A stretch of 62,788 bases of DNA, filler included, from Collodictyon triciliatum (lineage: Eukaryota), in NCBI GenBank assembly GCA_043381765.1. It is 10 parts of 10 records of this genome, joined end to end, with 100 filler letters (N's around TTAATTAATTAA, not from the genome) between each part and the next. Parts side by side here need not be neighbours in the genome. Positions count along the whole stretch, not along the records: positions 11,431 to 17,472 come from JBHJMP010004749.1; positions 17,573 to 23,612 come from JBHJMP010004752.1; positions 23,713 to 29,774 come from JBHJMP010004753.1; 7 more parts are not named here. One strand, written 5' to 3'. Made by a program: the position numbers and the translations under genes. Positions 14,553-25,686 of the stretch are shown one piece after another. The number at the start of each line of letters is the position of its first letter. Position 1 is the stretch's first letter. A model generated the notes under the pieces. The model was not told the origin of the DNA and made no database searches. It saw only the letters and a list, made by a program, of their open reading frames with translations.

Positions 14553-15935
14553 TAAAAAAACAAGTAAAATACCCGTGTAACGAAGAGATCAGACACCTCG
14601 ATAGCAAGGATAATCGCCAACTTCCCCGAACCAATAATCCTGCGAGCATCCGCTGGTGTGAGTGCAATCTCCAACCAGTCTCTCTTCCTTACAAATTGAA
14701 TGGCTGCCTATTTTTGTTTTGTGATTTTGTTTTATTTTTTGGATTGATAAAGAAAAAAAAAGAACAAGCACCAGAAATTTAAAATGAGCCCCACAAGCAA
14801 AAATCATGAATAATAGATAGCGTCGATTGATTACATCCAACTGTTTGTTCACGTTGCTCATTTCGTCACACGTGAACCCACGACGGCGGTTTGCTTGTGG
14901 CATTAAACGACAAAGCTCATAGAAATCCACAGCAGACATCATCATCAGTGTCATACCCGACCGGAAAGCTTGGTACAAATGCCCCTCCCAGACCTGATTT
15001 TCATAAATATATGTATCAATATATAATACAACTGATTTCTAACCACAGATGTACGTGACATGCCGGTGTGTCTATCTAAGGCATTTCGATATAAACATCA
15101 TAAAAGAAAGAGCACACCTATAAGATAAAAAAAAGAAGCTGTGATGCAGATGCGAGCACGAGAAATATCCGCATAAACTGTAAAAAAAATTTAAAAAAAA
15201 AGAGAAAACTTAACCATTCAATCAAAATTGTGAAACGCAACCAACAATACAAGACCCTAAATGACAAGTTTAAGACCTGTTGGTGAGCTATCGTGTCCCA
15301 TCGAGGCCATCCTAGCTTACTTTTTCGACCGTAGCTCTGTGATGAATCTTCAGACCACCCTGTCATAACAGTGTGATGTCAGCCCTTTATGAGAAAGTAA
15401 AATGAAGCAGACAAAAGATTCAAGCAGCACCCAATGTCTTGTTTGGATGGTTCCCAGTATCGCCTGTGGAGCCGGGCTGAAGCCCGATGAGGTCGTTGAG
15501 GTTGTCAAAGAGTGACACAGCATGGTCTCCATTCTGATCATCGCCACCCACATTGCCACTGCACGGATGCAATGCAACGTTTTCTGCTCCCTATGCGAGG
15601 GTGTACATGTCTTGAGGATTAAGTGTTGAAGGAGTCGAAACCCCCCACAAAAAAAAAAGAAAAAAAAAGGAGGAAATAAGAAAAGACAAAGAAGAAAACA
15701 TAGAAAAGAGGTTGTAATGGAGCGCGTGTGATCGAGTCACCTCATAAGTCCATGCATCGTCTTTTCCTTTGGCAAACCAGCCGCCAGCAAACGCCATCTC
15801 GCCAAACTGATGGACGTGCAGATCGGCGAAGCCAGGCAGCGCAAAGCTGAGGGGAAACTCGGAGACTGGGAGAGAGTCCACGACGAGCGGAGACGCCAAC
15901 ACGAAGGCAACGATAAAGCCAAAGTGGACTTGCAT
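12835..15935 (-). CDS. Secreted membrane dipeptidase (peptidase M19, amidohydrolase fold), bacterial-like
   Basis: Signal peptide MQVHFGFIVAFVLASPLVVDS. Motifs GFADLHVHQF, WPRWDTIAHQQVW, KLAIILAIEVSDLF, HQLNNRFGG, LIDIAHIS, SHG, ASDLNGF, GLGHIGLL and EAFVQMWER. Ten exons join in frame by GT-AG. Confidence 0.88.
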
Positions 15936-16204
15936 CCTTGCCAGCAACTATATTGTTGTTGTTGCGTTTTTCATTGACTCTTTTTTTTTTCTAAAAGAAA
16001 TGGATTCTGTCGATCTATTCAAAGTGGTGGATACATTCACGACGTGCGCGCCAACCGGCTTCGCGACTCAGTTTGTTCTACTCACCAAGTACGGTACTGT
16101 TGAACGTCCCGGTTTGGATATGACTTGTTTGGTTCTTTTCTTTTTCTTTTTCTTTGTTCGGGGTACAAACGTCAGCCAAACTAAAGGTATAGCCCCGACG
16201 CTGA

Positions 16205-17260
16205 TGCGGAAAACCCCGAGTGGCACGCAAGTCCAAGAAGACCCATGCAAGGAAGCCGCCTGCAAGTCTGTCTGATCGGATAGTATTTTTGCACGGAGTC
16301 GAGCAAGTCGTTTACAACAAGAACAAGGCCCGCAGACTTACAGATGCGCTCGCCTCCTTCTTGAAAGAGAACAAACTTTGGGAAGAGTCCATCCAACTGC
16401 ACTTATAGGACAGCGAGAGCCTTTGCCTGATCGCCTTCCGCACTGCAGAGAACGCCTGAAAGCTTCTGGAACTGAGGCAGGTAAGTTTGATCGATATTAC
16501 GATCAGCTTCAGCAGAAGTAGACCAACAGAGACCTTGGTGATGCTCTGCCAACTACCGCTGGACGTGTGGCCGCAACTCCTTCGCGAGGATCTGAAACCG
16601 TTCAGACCGACCACGTGGAGATCAAAAAGGAAAATGCTTTTTCACAGACACGGCCGTGGCGAAGCTTCTTTGCCACAAGAACCAGCTCCCTGCAAAGTTT
16701 ACGGTCATGGGAAAAAAGTGTCCAAAGCGCATCCTCAAATAGAGTCCGCCAGCCGCGAACAACGAACGACAAGTAAAAGCTCCGCAAAAGAATACAACCG
16801 CCAAGCATACAAGCAGCAATGGCTAAAGGAAGCCAAGGCCAAGCAAAATCAGAATCCGCAAGACTCACAGCAGATACGCGCATACAGCGACAACGACGAT
16901 GACATTGTAGGAAATCTCGGTTCCTCTTCAGAATCTTCACACTTGAGCCCTCCACCGCCAACACCGGAAAAGCTCGCGCATCGCAAGACCCAAGAGAAGC
17001 GCATCTCCAAACCCCTTATCTGAGTTGCCCAGCAAGAAACGCAAGGAAAGTAGCCCGTTTTCCCCTCAAAATACTCATCCTGTGGAATGAAATAGGATGT
17101 AAAACTTGTCTGAGATAGATGATTGAAAGGACTCTTCGGAATCTATTGGAGAAGTAACTGCCATGTGCGTACTTTCATCAACCTGACAACTTTATCCGTT
17201 CTTCTATCAGTCTCGAATGCAACCAGAAATCGCGTTGGAGCTGATCACTTCGGGTAGAAT
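16205..17260 (+). mobile_element. Decayed non-LTR (LINE-like) retrotransposon: ORF1 plus start of the APE endonuclease
   Basis: Intronless, GC-richer frame broken by TAG/TGA. It contains RRM-like CLIAFRTAENA*KLL, VMLCQLPLDVWPQLLREDLKPF and a degenerate knuckle CKVYGH, then a basic/low-complexity tail. At about 17065, PLKILILWNEIG resembles the APE domain-I 'WNxxG' motif. Confidence 0.6.
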
Positions 17261-18215
17261 AATCTATGTGTGAGAACACACTCCTTTTTATCTTGTTTAC
17301 TTCATTCTTTTTCCAATTCCATTTCCTTTTCCTTTATCTTTTCCTTTTCCTTTTCCTTTCCCTTTCCCTTTCCCTTTTCCTTTTCCTTTTCCTTTTCCTT
17401 TTCCTTTTCCTTTTCCTTTTCCTTTTCCTTTTCCTTTTCCTTTTCCTTTTCCTTTTCCTTTTTTTTTTTTTTNNNNNNNNNNNNNNNNNNNNNNNNNNNN
17501 NNNNNNNNNNNNNNNNTTAATTAATTAANNNNNNNNNNNNNNNNNNNNNNNNNNNNNNNNNNNNNNNNNNNNCTCTTCTCTCTCTTCTCTCTCTTCTCTC
17601 TCTTCTCTCTCTTCTCTCTCTTCTCTCTCTTCTCTCTCTTCTCTCTCTTCTCTCTCTTCTCTCTCTTCTCTTGAGGTTGAACTGACTGCGACTCTCACCG
17701 ACTGAGGGGGCTTCGGAAGAAGAGAGGGGAAATGGGGGTGACTCGGGCGGCTTGGCTGGATGGGCCCTGCTTTGCGGTCGCCTCTTTGCGCCCAACGAAC
17801 GCGCGATGCGAATATACACGCACGCTTCCGCTGCAAAGATGTGATTCTTGTGACAACACAGATTCAAAAATTCAGCATTGGTGGGAAGCAATGAAAGGAG
17901 AAAAAAACCCCCTCCCCAAAGAAAAATCAATATTGGCGCTTGATGGAATACATGAATGCGTTTTATGACGCGTTTTATTCTAATACTGGAATTAGATTGA
18001 TGGCATGAAAAAACTTGCTCGTCAACTTTTTGGTCTTTCGTGGGGTTCGGCTTTTTGGTTCGGTGTGCAAGTAAAAGCCACAATTTGTTTCCAGGGTTGC
18101 ATTGTTTGTTTCGATGTAATAATATTGTCTTTTTATTGGTTTCTCTTCTACTGGGATCAAAATAAAGAGAGGTTGTGGTATGCTGGACGGAAACGATGGG
18201 ATGGGGTGTGGTCAG

Positions 18216-19776
18216 CTACTTCATCTGCCAGTAAATGATAAAGGAAATGGCACCAAGGAGAAGGAGTATTACTGCAATGAGCATCAGTTTGTTTGACACC
18301 ATTCGCTTCCCCATGGATGTCATCACACGCTTGGCATCGGAAATCTTGCTTTGTGCGTACCCCAACTATTCAGAGGTATTAAGAGAAAGCATGATTAGCA
18401 AAGCCATTGCATGTATTTTTTTCGTTTATTGTATTGTATTGTATTGTANNNNNNTGTATTGTATTGTATTGTATTGTATTGTATTGTATTGTATTGTATT
18501 GTATTGTATTGTATTGTATTGTATTGTATTGTATTCAAAATTATGAATTAAGCATCCTCCATATATATTGCACAATATGGATATTATTGAACTCCGTTAA
18601 CCCACATTATCGCGAACCCGTTCCAGCGTGTCGCGTTGTTCAGACAGGTCACTCAAAATTGCAGTTCCGACCTGCTCCGATTCCATCACAGAGCGTTGCG
18701 CCTCTTGTATCCTGGCCGATGTCTGGTTGAGACGATCAGTTGTATTTGTAACCTTTTTTCTCTGCTGGTCAGAAATATCCTACAAATTTTGCAATTATAA
18801 CGCGGCTGTTCATAAACCATCGGGGTTATTGGTTACAGTTTTATAATTTCACTCTGGTGCGTAGAATGTTAAAAGAGAAAATATTTTAACATTCGAACCA
18901 TTCCTCCTTTCTTGTTATTTTTTTGTTCATAATAGTTTATCTGAAAACATTTTATGGAGCAGATTCTTCTGAAACAAAAACATGGATTCTCGTGTCAATA
19001 TATATATTTCAACATACACCCATTTCATAGGCGTTTGCATCCATCAATGCAGCTCGAGTTTCTGCTTCCTTGGCAGCAGCAATCGCCTTCTTCAGATTAG
19101 ATTTGTAAGTGGAAACCTGTGACCTGTACTCCTTCACACGGCCAACATAAGTGGACTTCTTCGGCTCCTGGACACTGCGTGCCTCCATGTCCATTTGCTG
19201 TATCTGAAAATATAAAATACCGAATAAATATACATCGCTTATAAACATCAACTTAACACTTGCCGTGTCTGTGACTGAAAAATATGGAGAAGATGCGTTT
19301 GATAATGTCTATCATAATCACGCACCAGACTTTCCATTTCTTTGAATCGTTGCTCCAGTTGCTTCTCTGATTTTCGTCTGTTTTCTAAGAGCGGCAAATA
19401 AAGAGAGGAAGGAAAATATGTCAATCTTTGGAACAGACTTCACTAGAATGGAGTGTCGAGAGCTAATCGGAAGAAAAAACCATGAACCAAAGAAAAAAAA
19501 TAAGAATAGAAAAAAGGATGGATATGAATTGCTTTTGTTCATGAACAGTTCTAGGGCAAAAGATAAACTGCAAGAGTAATTGGTTCTGAAACGTAAAAAC
19601 ATTCATAAACATCCGCCATTACATATTGAACTACAGAAAGATCCAATGGAGTAAGACGTGGTGGCATTACAGAAAAGATCACCTGGCGACTCTCCGCTGA
19701 CACTGTCGATTCCGCGCGTGACTTCATTTCTGTGCGTGAGATAGTCGCTCTCATAAGTTTGAAAGAGATCAGCCAT
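18216..19776 (-). CDS. VTI1: Qb-SNARE VTI1
   Basis: MADLFQTYESDY...E|NRRKSEKQLEQRFKEMESL|IQQMDMEARSV..., a SNARE motif, and a C-terminal TM segment ending ...FIIYWQMK-TAG. Confidence 0.92.
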
Positions 19777-20368
19777 ATCTTTTTACGTTTGCAGCAGAGA
19801 ACGCGGCTGCAAGTTCTAGAGATAAAAGAAGCAACATTGATTAAGTTAGAAAAAAAAAGCGAGTATGGGCAAACTCTGAGCACAGAGAAATGTTCACATA
19901 AACGCTGCTGGTTGCCAAGGTTTCAAGAAGGCTGGATTAGCGTTTGAAGGGTGCGTGTTATATAGAATACAAGAGGGCAAGAGAGAGGAGGAGGATAGAA
20001 ATATGCGTAATTGACAAAGTAAAAAGAGAGAGAAAGGCTGGGCGAAGAATGAAGTGGGAGAACATTCACAACTGGGCGATAAGCTGTCTGATGGACGCGT
20101 CTTTGTTTGAGGAAAAGCCTTGATCGATCGATCACATATAAAAAAAAAAAAAGTGATCAAACAAAAGGAAGTGGATTCAGTGAATACCGACTTATAGGGG
20201 ATGAATGAGCCAGTTTGGCCTTGTGTCTTTTGCTTTTTGCGACTATCATGGGTCATCGTCATCGGCGCCGAGGAAAAAGAAAGAGGGTTTATTGTCAGCA
20301 GCGTTCTGTGATTACGGTGCGTGATATTCAGGGTTGCGTTGATGCACGTATGCTGCTTTTTCTTCGTC

Positions 20369-23300
20369 TTAGTGCCAGTTTTCAAGAGCGCTTTTTATCT
20401 TTTGGATTTTCTCTGGGGTGGCCGACCATTTTTCTGCGCCTGCCTGATTCTGAAGTATGTAGACGTGTGTCGCAAAAGGCAGCAAAAAGAACCTGTCTTC
20501 ACTCTCTAAGATGCAAATAGGAGGAAGTATAAAGAAAATATTAATTCAAGGAGGAAATCCACCAAGTAAGGAGAGATATATGCCAAGCCATAGAATCGTA
20601 TTAATCAATAAGATGAAAAAAAATATGTCAGACACGTGCAGCGCGAGGTTGTCGACAGTGATATGATGAATTGGCAACAACCAAGCAGGAGTCGCTGGTT
20701 CTCTAATGTATCCCCTCAGAAATTGGTCGATAGAGACCAACTGCAAAGAATGAGTCAGCCTGCTCTCATGGACTTACCGTTCACCAAATGCTGGTTTCCA
20801 AGAACGTAGCTGTGTCTCTTCCCACTGACAACAAAATCGCCTCGGTTGAACGGACTCGATCCCATGGTGGTCAGATACTCCGCAGGTGGGTCGTTCCAAT
20901 CAGGAACAAAGACGATAAAAGAAAGCGGTCGGGTCGATGACAAAAGGAGTTGATTAAGACGAATAGCCATTCTGTCCATCACCTGTAACATTTCATAGAA
21001 GCATAATCTCATTAATTGAAGCATTAAAGGTTATTTCGAGAGATACATGAACAGGTATATGTGAATGTGTATGTGGTTGTGGTGGTGGCTGTGGTTATAT
21101 CATGCAGGGATTACCTCTTCTGTGTATGGCGGGCCAGTTTCAAAGGAGCCCTCTGATGGGGTGTAGTCGAAGAAAGAACCAACAGAGCCGAAGAATCTAT
21201 CAATATCCGGAAAGGCTGAACCAAATTGCTTCAAATAGCAGTTGAGCGGAGACGCAAACGACCCCTGACAAACACCAAATTCCCTCAATAACACTTCGAA
21301 AACAGATGTAAGAGCAGCAGCATGGAAAGATACTCCCTCACGCTCACCTACATTCAGTTTATGGATTACATATGAATGTTATCATCATCGTTCATTAAAA
21401 GAAAAATGCAAAATGACATTTGAACCAAGGGGAAAGGTATGAAAGTATACACAGAAAAATAACAGCCCTTTTAGACTAGGAACTGAATGTCTAGAAACAT
21501 CGACGATGAAATGAGGGTTTGAGAGATTTTTGTATGATTAACGCCGATTTTCTTTTGACAAAATTGATTATTTTTAAAAATAACTCATTCAAGATTTTGG
21601 CTCGATAAATACCTGGACCGAAGAAGGTAGTGTATCTTCGTAACAAAACATACAGCCTTTCGCCAAACCTTTCTTGCGATGGGTCTACCGAAACTGAATT
21701 CAGCTTGTATAAGGAGTGCAACTTATTATAGTGCCTATTTGAGATTTCGTGGACATCATCCTATTTTATTTTATTTTTGGGATTAAAGGTATAGTGAGTG
21801 ATTGAAACAACTCTAGATAGAAAAATAGTATAATATATAAATCAAAGAAATAAGAAGAGATCAGGCTGTATAAAAATGGAAATGGCACTTCTAAAGAAAA
21901 TGATGCATGTCAGCACTATTGGTTGAAAGATAAGTGGTAATCAAAAACATACCTTGAAGGTGATTCGCACTTTCTCTTCCACGATATCCACCTTTACGCC
22001 GCTTGACTCCATGATATCTACCATAGCTAGCTTTTCAGAGATTGATTGAGAGTAATCAATAACTCCTGAAATAACTTTGTTTATGCGAGATGAATAGTAT
22101 TCCTTGAGGAAAGGTTTGCATCTTTGGATCATCCCTTTCAAACGGCTGCTAACATCCGATGCTTTTGTTTTATGCAGTTTGTGATCTTGGTCAGCCCAAA
22201 CTTTCTCGCCAATCAGAAACTGCAAATGATTAAACAGTGTTACCAACAAGTTTTTGTACTAACGTCAGAGAGGGAAATGTATCCTGATATTCACCAACTT
22301 TTCGTTTTTTCTTATCAAATCTGTTGATTAAATGTTTGCACTTTGATATTAAAACGAAAAGAAAAGAGACTTCTTGAATCTCTTGGGCAATTTTTTTAGA
22401 GCTAGAAACGCCTTCGTCTTTTTTTTCTACAGACTCGGCCCCGTCTTCAGAGCCAGCCTCCTTGTCTTTGGAAATGGTCTCGTTCACTCGAATACTTACA
22501 GATCCTAGGTATTCCCTGAATACTTGTAACACCTCGTGAGGGGTAAAGTAAGTGAGGGACTTTCATAGGAAGCCTCGTCGATTCACATATTGGGCTATGT
22601 AATATAGCTTAAACGTGTTGCAAAATATGTAACTCTTAAATGAATCATATTCCGAAAAGAGTCAGATAGCCATGAATCAAGATTGTGTATAAAAATAAAA
22701 AGAATATGAACGACATATGCGAACTGTAATTGATGTCGAATATATGTTAATATTAATATATATTCGGCATCAGTAATGAATAAGAAATAAAGAAATATGA
22801 TACCCTAGATAACTCGGAGCGCTGACTCCACGATAAATATGTGGAACAAGGTAAGTCTGCCAATAGCTCTCTTCTGAGAACATCGCCCTCGGACGCAACT
22901 GATGGGTTGGTGAGCAAAGGATCGTCTCCTACATTGCATGTAAATTATATGTACATCATATATTGCAGAGTTTGAGTATTTCAGAAGTGGCGGGACGATA
23001 TGCCTAAATTTTTTATATCAAAAGCGCATATGGTGCATTTGGCGGCAACTTTGGAATTGAGGATGACGTTATCATCTCGATGGTACAGAAAAAAAAAAAA
23101 GAACAAGGGCTCTAGGTGCGTGATATATTGGCGTATATATACACAAGAAGATGAAAAGACAAAGATAATAAGGATATAGGGGCAACATAACAATGAACAA
23201 ATAGATTTCATTCATTCAGTTCAAGGGGTGAAAGGATGATAGATAGTACCCTTTCTGCTCTCTGATGGCTCTGAAAGCTGCTGAAATAGCCAGCGGTTGA

Positions 23301-23376
23301 AGGATTCTGATGGTGCTTTTGTTTCCAGGTGTTCCTTACAGAGATTGTCATAATAGGTTCTCATCCCTTCGACCTC
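20369..23376 (-). CDS. PCIF1: PCIF1/CAPAM-like cap m6Am methyltransferase (5' partial)
   Basis: APSESFNRWLF, LLRRYTTFFG, FASPLNCY, SAFPDIDRFFGSVGSFF, EGSFETGPPY, PLSFIVFVPDW and last exon ILQNQAGAEKW...ENWH-TAA. Confidence 0.88.
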
Positions 23377-24339
23377 CTAATGATATAGTTAAATTGGTAA
23401 GATAAGCATGTCATTCTCACAAGATAAGATATCAATATTCTTCAAGTATATACAGCAATCCACCATTCGTTTCTATGTATATTTTCTAGTCTTAAGAGTA
23501 CATTATCATCGCTTCTTTTTTTTTCTTTTTTTCTTTTTTTCTTTTTTTCTTTTTTTCTTTTTTTCTTTTTTTCTTTTTTTCTTTTTTTCTTTTTTTCTTT
23601 TTTTCTTTTTTTNNNNNNNNNNNNNNNNNNNNNNNNNNNNNNNNNNNNNNNNNNNNTTAATTAATTAANNNNNNNNNNNNNNNNNNNNNNNNNNNNNNNN
23701 NNNNNNNNNNNNAAAGGAAAAGGAAAAGGAAAAGGAAAAGGAAAAGGAAAAGGAAAAGGAAAAGGAAAAGGAAAAGGAAAAGGAAAAGGAAAAGGAAAAG
23801 GAAAAGAAAAACGAGAACGAAGGAAAAAGAAAAGGAAACAAATAAAGAAAAGAGGGAAAAGGAGAAGGAAATATTCAACTCTTACTCTTTCGTGATTTCG
23901 ACGAGATCCTCAGATGACACGGTGTGCTGCTGGCGATCGGGTTGAACAGCTGCTGGGAAAGCCCGAGGTTGGCCACGCAGTCGACATCAGTTTCTTCTCC
24001 AGCGTATTTCACCGCGCAGCAAAGACAGTATTTATGCTGCTGTTATTCGGGGCTCTTCATAGCACGCTTGCTTTGAAAACAGATATGCAACGTTTCTGTC
24101 TGCTTCATCTCTGGCTTTCCTGCTTTGTGAGTTGCTGCGATTTCCTGTTTGATTGTTTGTGATTCTGCTTGATCGAAGAAATCCGTTTGATCTGGAAAGA
24201 CTGAAGATTCATAGAAATACAGCTTATTTGGTGACTGATATTCGTTATATAAGGGAGGAAGTGCATCTGCAACGCCACTAAATCTTGCATTTTTCTATTT
24301 TTCTTTTTCTCTTTATTCTGGTTTTTGAATGAGTATTTG

Positions 24340-25367
24340 CTAGCTCTCATATTGGTCGATGCAATCGTGTTTCCTTGGGATTGAGGAAGTCGATTCATAT
24401 CAACATGAGCATCACGAGGAAGACCGATGTCTGCACAACAGGCGCGGGCGGGAGGTTTCTTGGTGAAGACTTGGGAATGGCAGTTGTATGCTGTGTAAAG
24501 TTTTTGCCATCTCCTGATTCCCAAGAACACAAGATATATCGGTAGAAAAATAATAAGGTATCAGATAGGCTATACATGATATATTATATACATGAAATGA
24601 CCGTAAAGGATGAGATTTGGATTCAAGCTTTTCTGGCGATGGCATGTCAATAATCTATCCAGTGAATGATTATACATGGAACGTGGATTTCGTTAATCGC
24701 CGCAAAGTCTTTCGTTTGACGGAGAAGGACAGCGGTTTTGACAGCATTTGCAAGAGATATCTGCCAGTCTCCACAATGACATTCATATTCTCCAAACCAG
24801 GCTGAGTGCCTCTTGAGTGGCGTGAAAGTGATTCGGCACAGTATACGCACACACAGATAGCCCAAATGGTATCCCATCATGATGAGGAGCTATATTGAAA
24901 AAAAAAATATAAACGCGTGTCTTTGGGCAATTGATTGTTCGTGATAAACCCTGGTGAGCTTGGCTTTGGACATCGGCTGCAAGCTCCGTTTTCTGCGATG
25001 ATAAAAATATTTTCTTTCAGTTTGGCTTATTGAGTGAGGGATTTTGTTCTTTTTGTGAGAAATTCTTTTATGCAACAAGTTTTTCTTACTGCGTTTTATA
25101 AACAAGAAAGTGATGGAGTGCTTGGTTGTGGAGTATCCACCGAGGGATTCATTCCGCTTAGCCCAGAGGCGAAGAGGAAGCCCTTTGCTGCGGTCGTTTG
25201 GCTAAGAATAATATGCGACTTTGTTATGCGCAAAAGTACTTTGGTCGTAAGAGAACTTGTGCAGCAAGTATTGGGATAATACAATACCTTAAAGGGCCGA
25301 TCGCTTTGGGGGCAGATTCCGTGTGGATGATGTCCTTCGTAGAGCGTCTCTTTTGGGAGTCAACCAT
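24340..25367 (-). pseudogene. RIDA: RidA/YjgF/UK114 family, unprocessed pseudogene
   Basis: IIHTESAPKAIGPLS|QTTAAKGFLFASG, LENMNVIVETG/ISLANAVKTAVLL...FAAINEI and PPARACC...LPRDAHVD. Single-base frameshifts at about 24760 and 24396, plus a phase-incompatible acceptor near 24800. Confidence 0.8.
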
Positions 25368-25686
25368 TCCTTTGGCCGAGGCTGTGATTTTTATTTTGTG
25401 AAAAGTCTGCTCACCCAACAAAAAACATATCTTTAAAATCAATAAGAAGTCATATTCTGCGGTGGTTTATACTCACGCTAAAACAAGACCAAAAATACAA
25501 CAAAATAATAACCAAAAAACTATTGGAAAAGGAAAACAAAAGGTAAATACTCAATAGAATTTCCTTTCTTAAAAAACGCTAGATAAGCTGAAAGCGAAAG
25601 GATTATGCTTGCAGCGCGCCTTCCTTGATTTGCGTGCGAAAAAAAAGGTACGGACTTTCCCAAGCACAGAATAGAAGACAAAGGTC

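Noticed and set aside
19515-19530. ATATCC/GTATCC sequences as U12-type donors (also about 3350)
   Set aside because: They lack the full RTATCCTT consensus and a TCCTTAAC branch site. The 19.5-kb site lies inside an ordinary GT-AG VTI1 intron.
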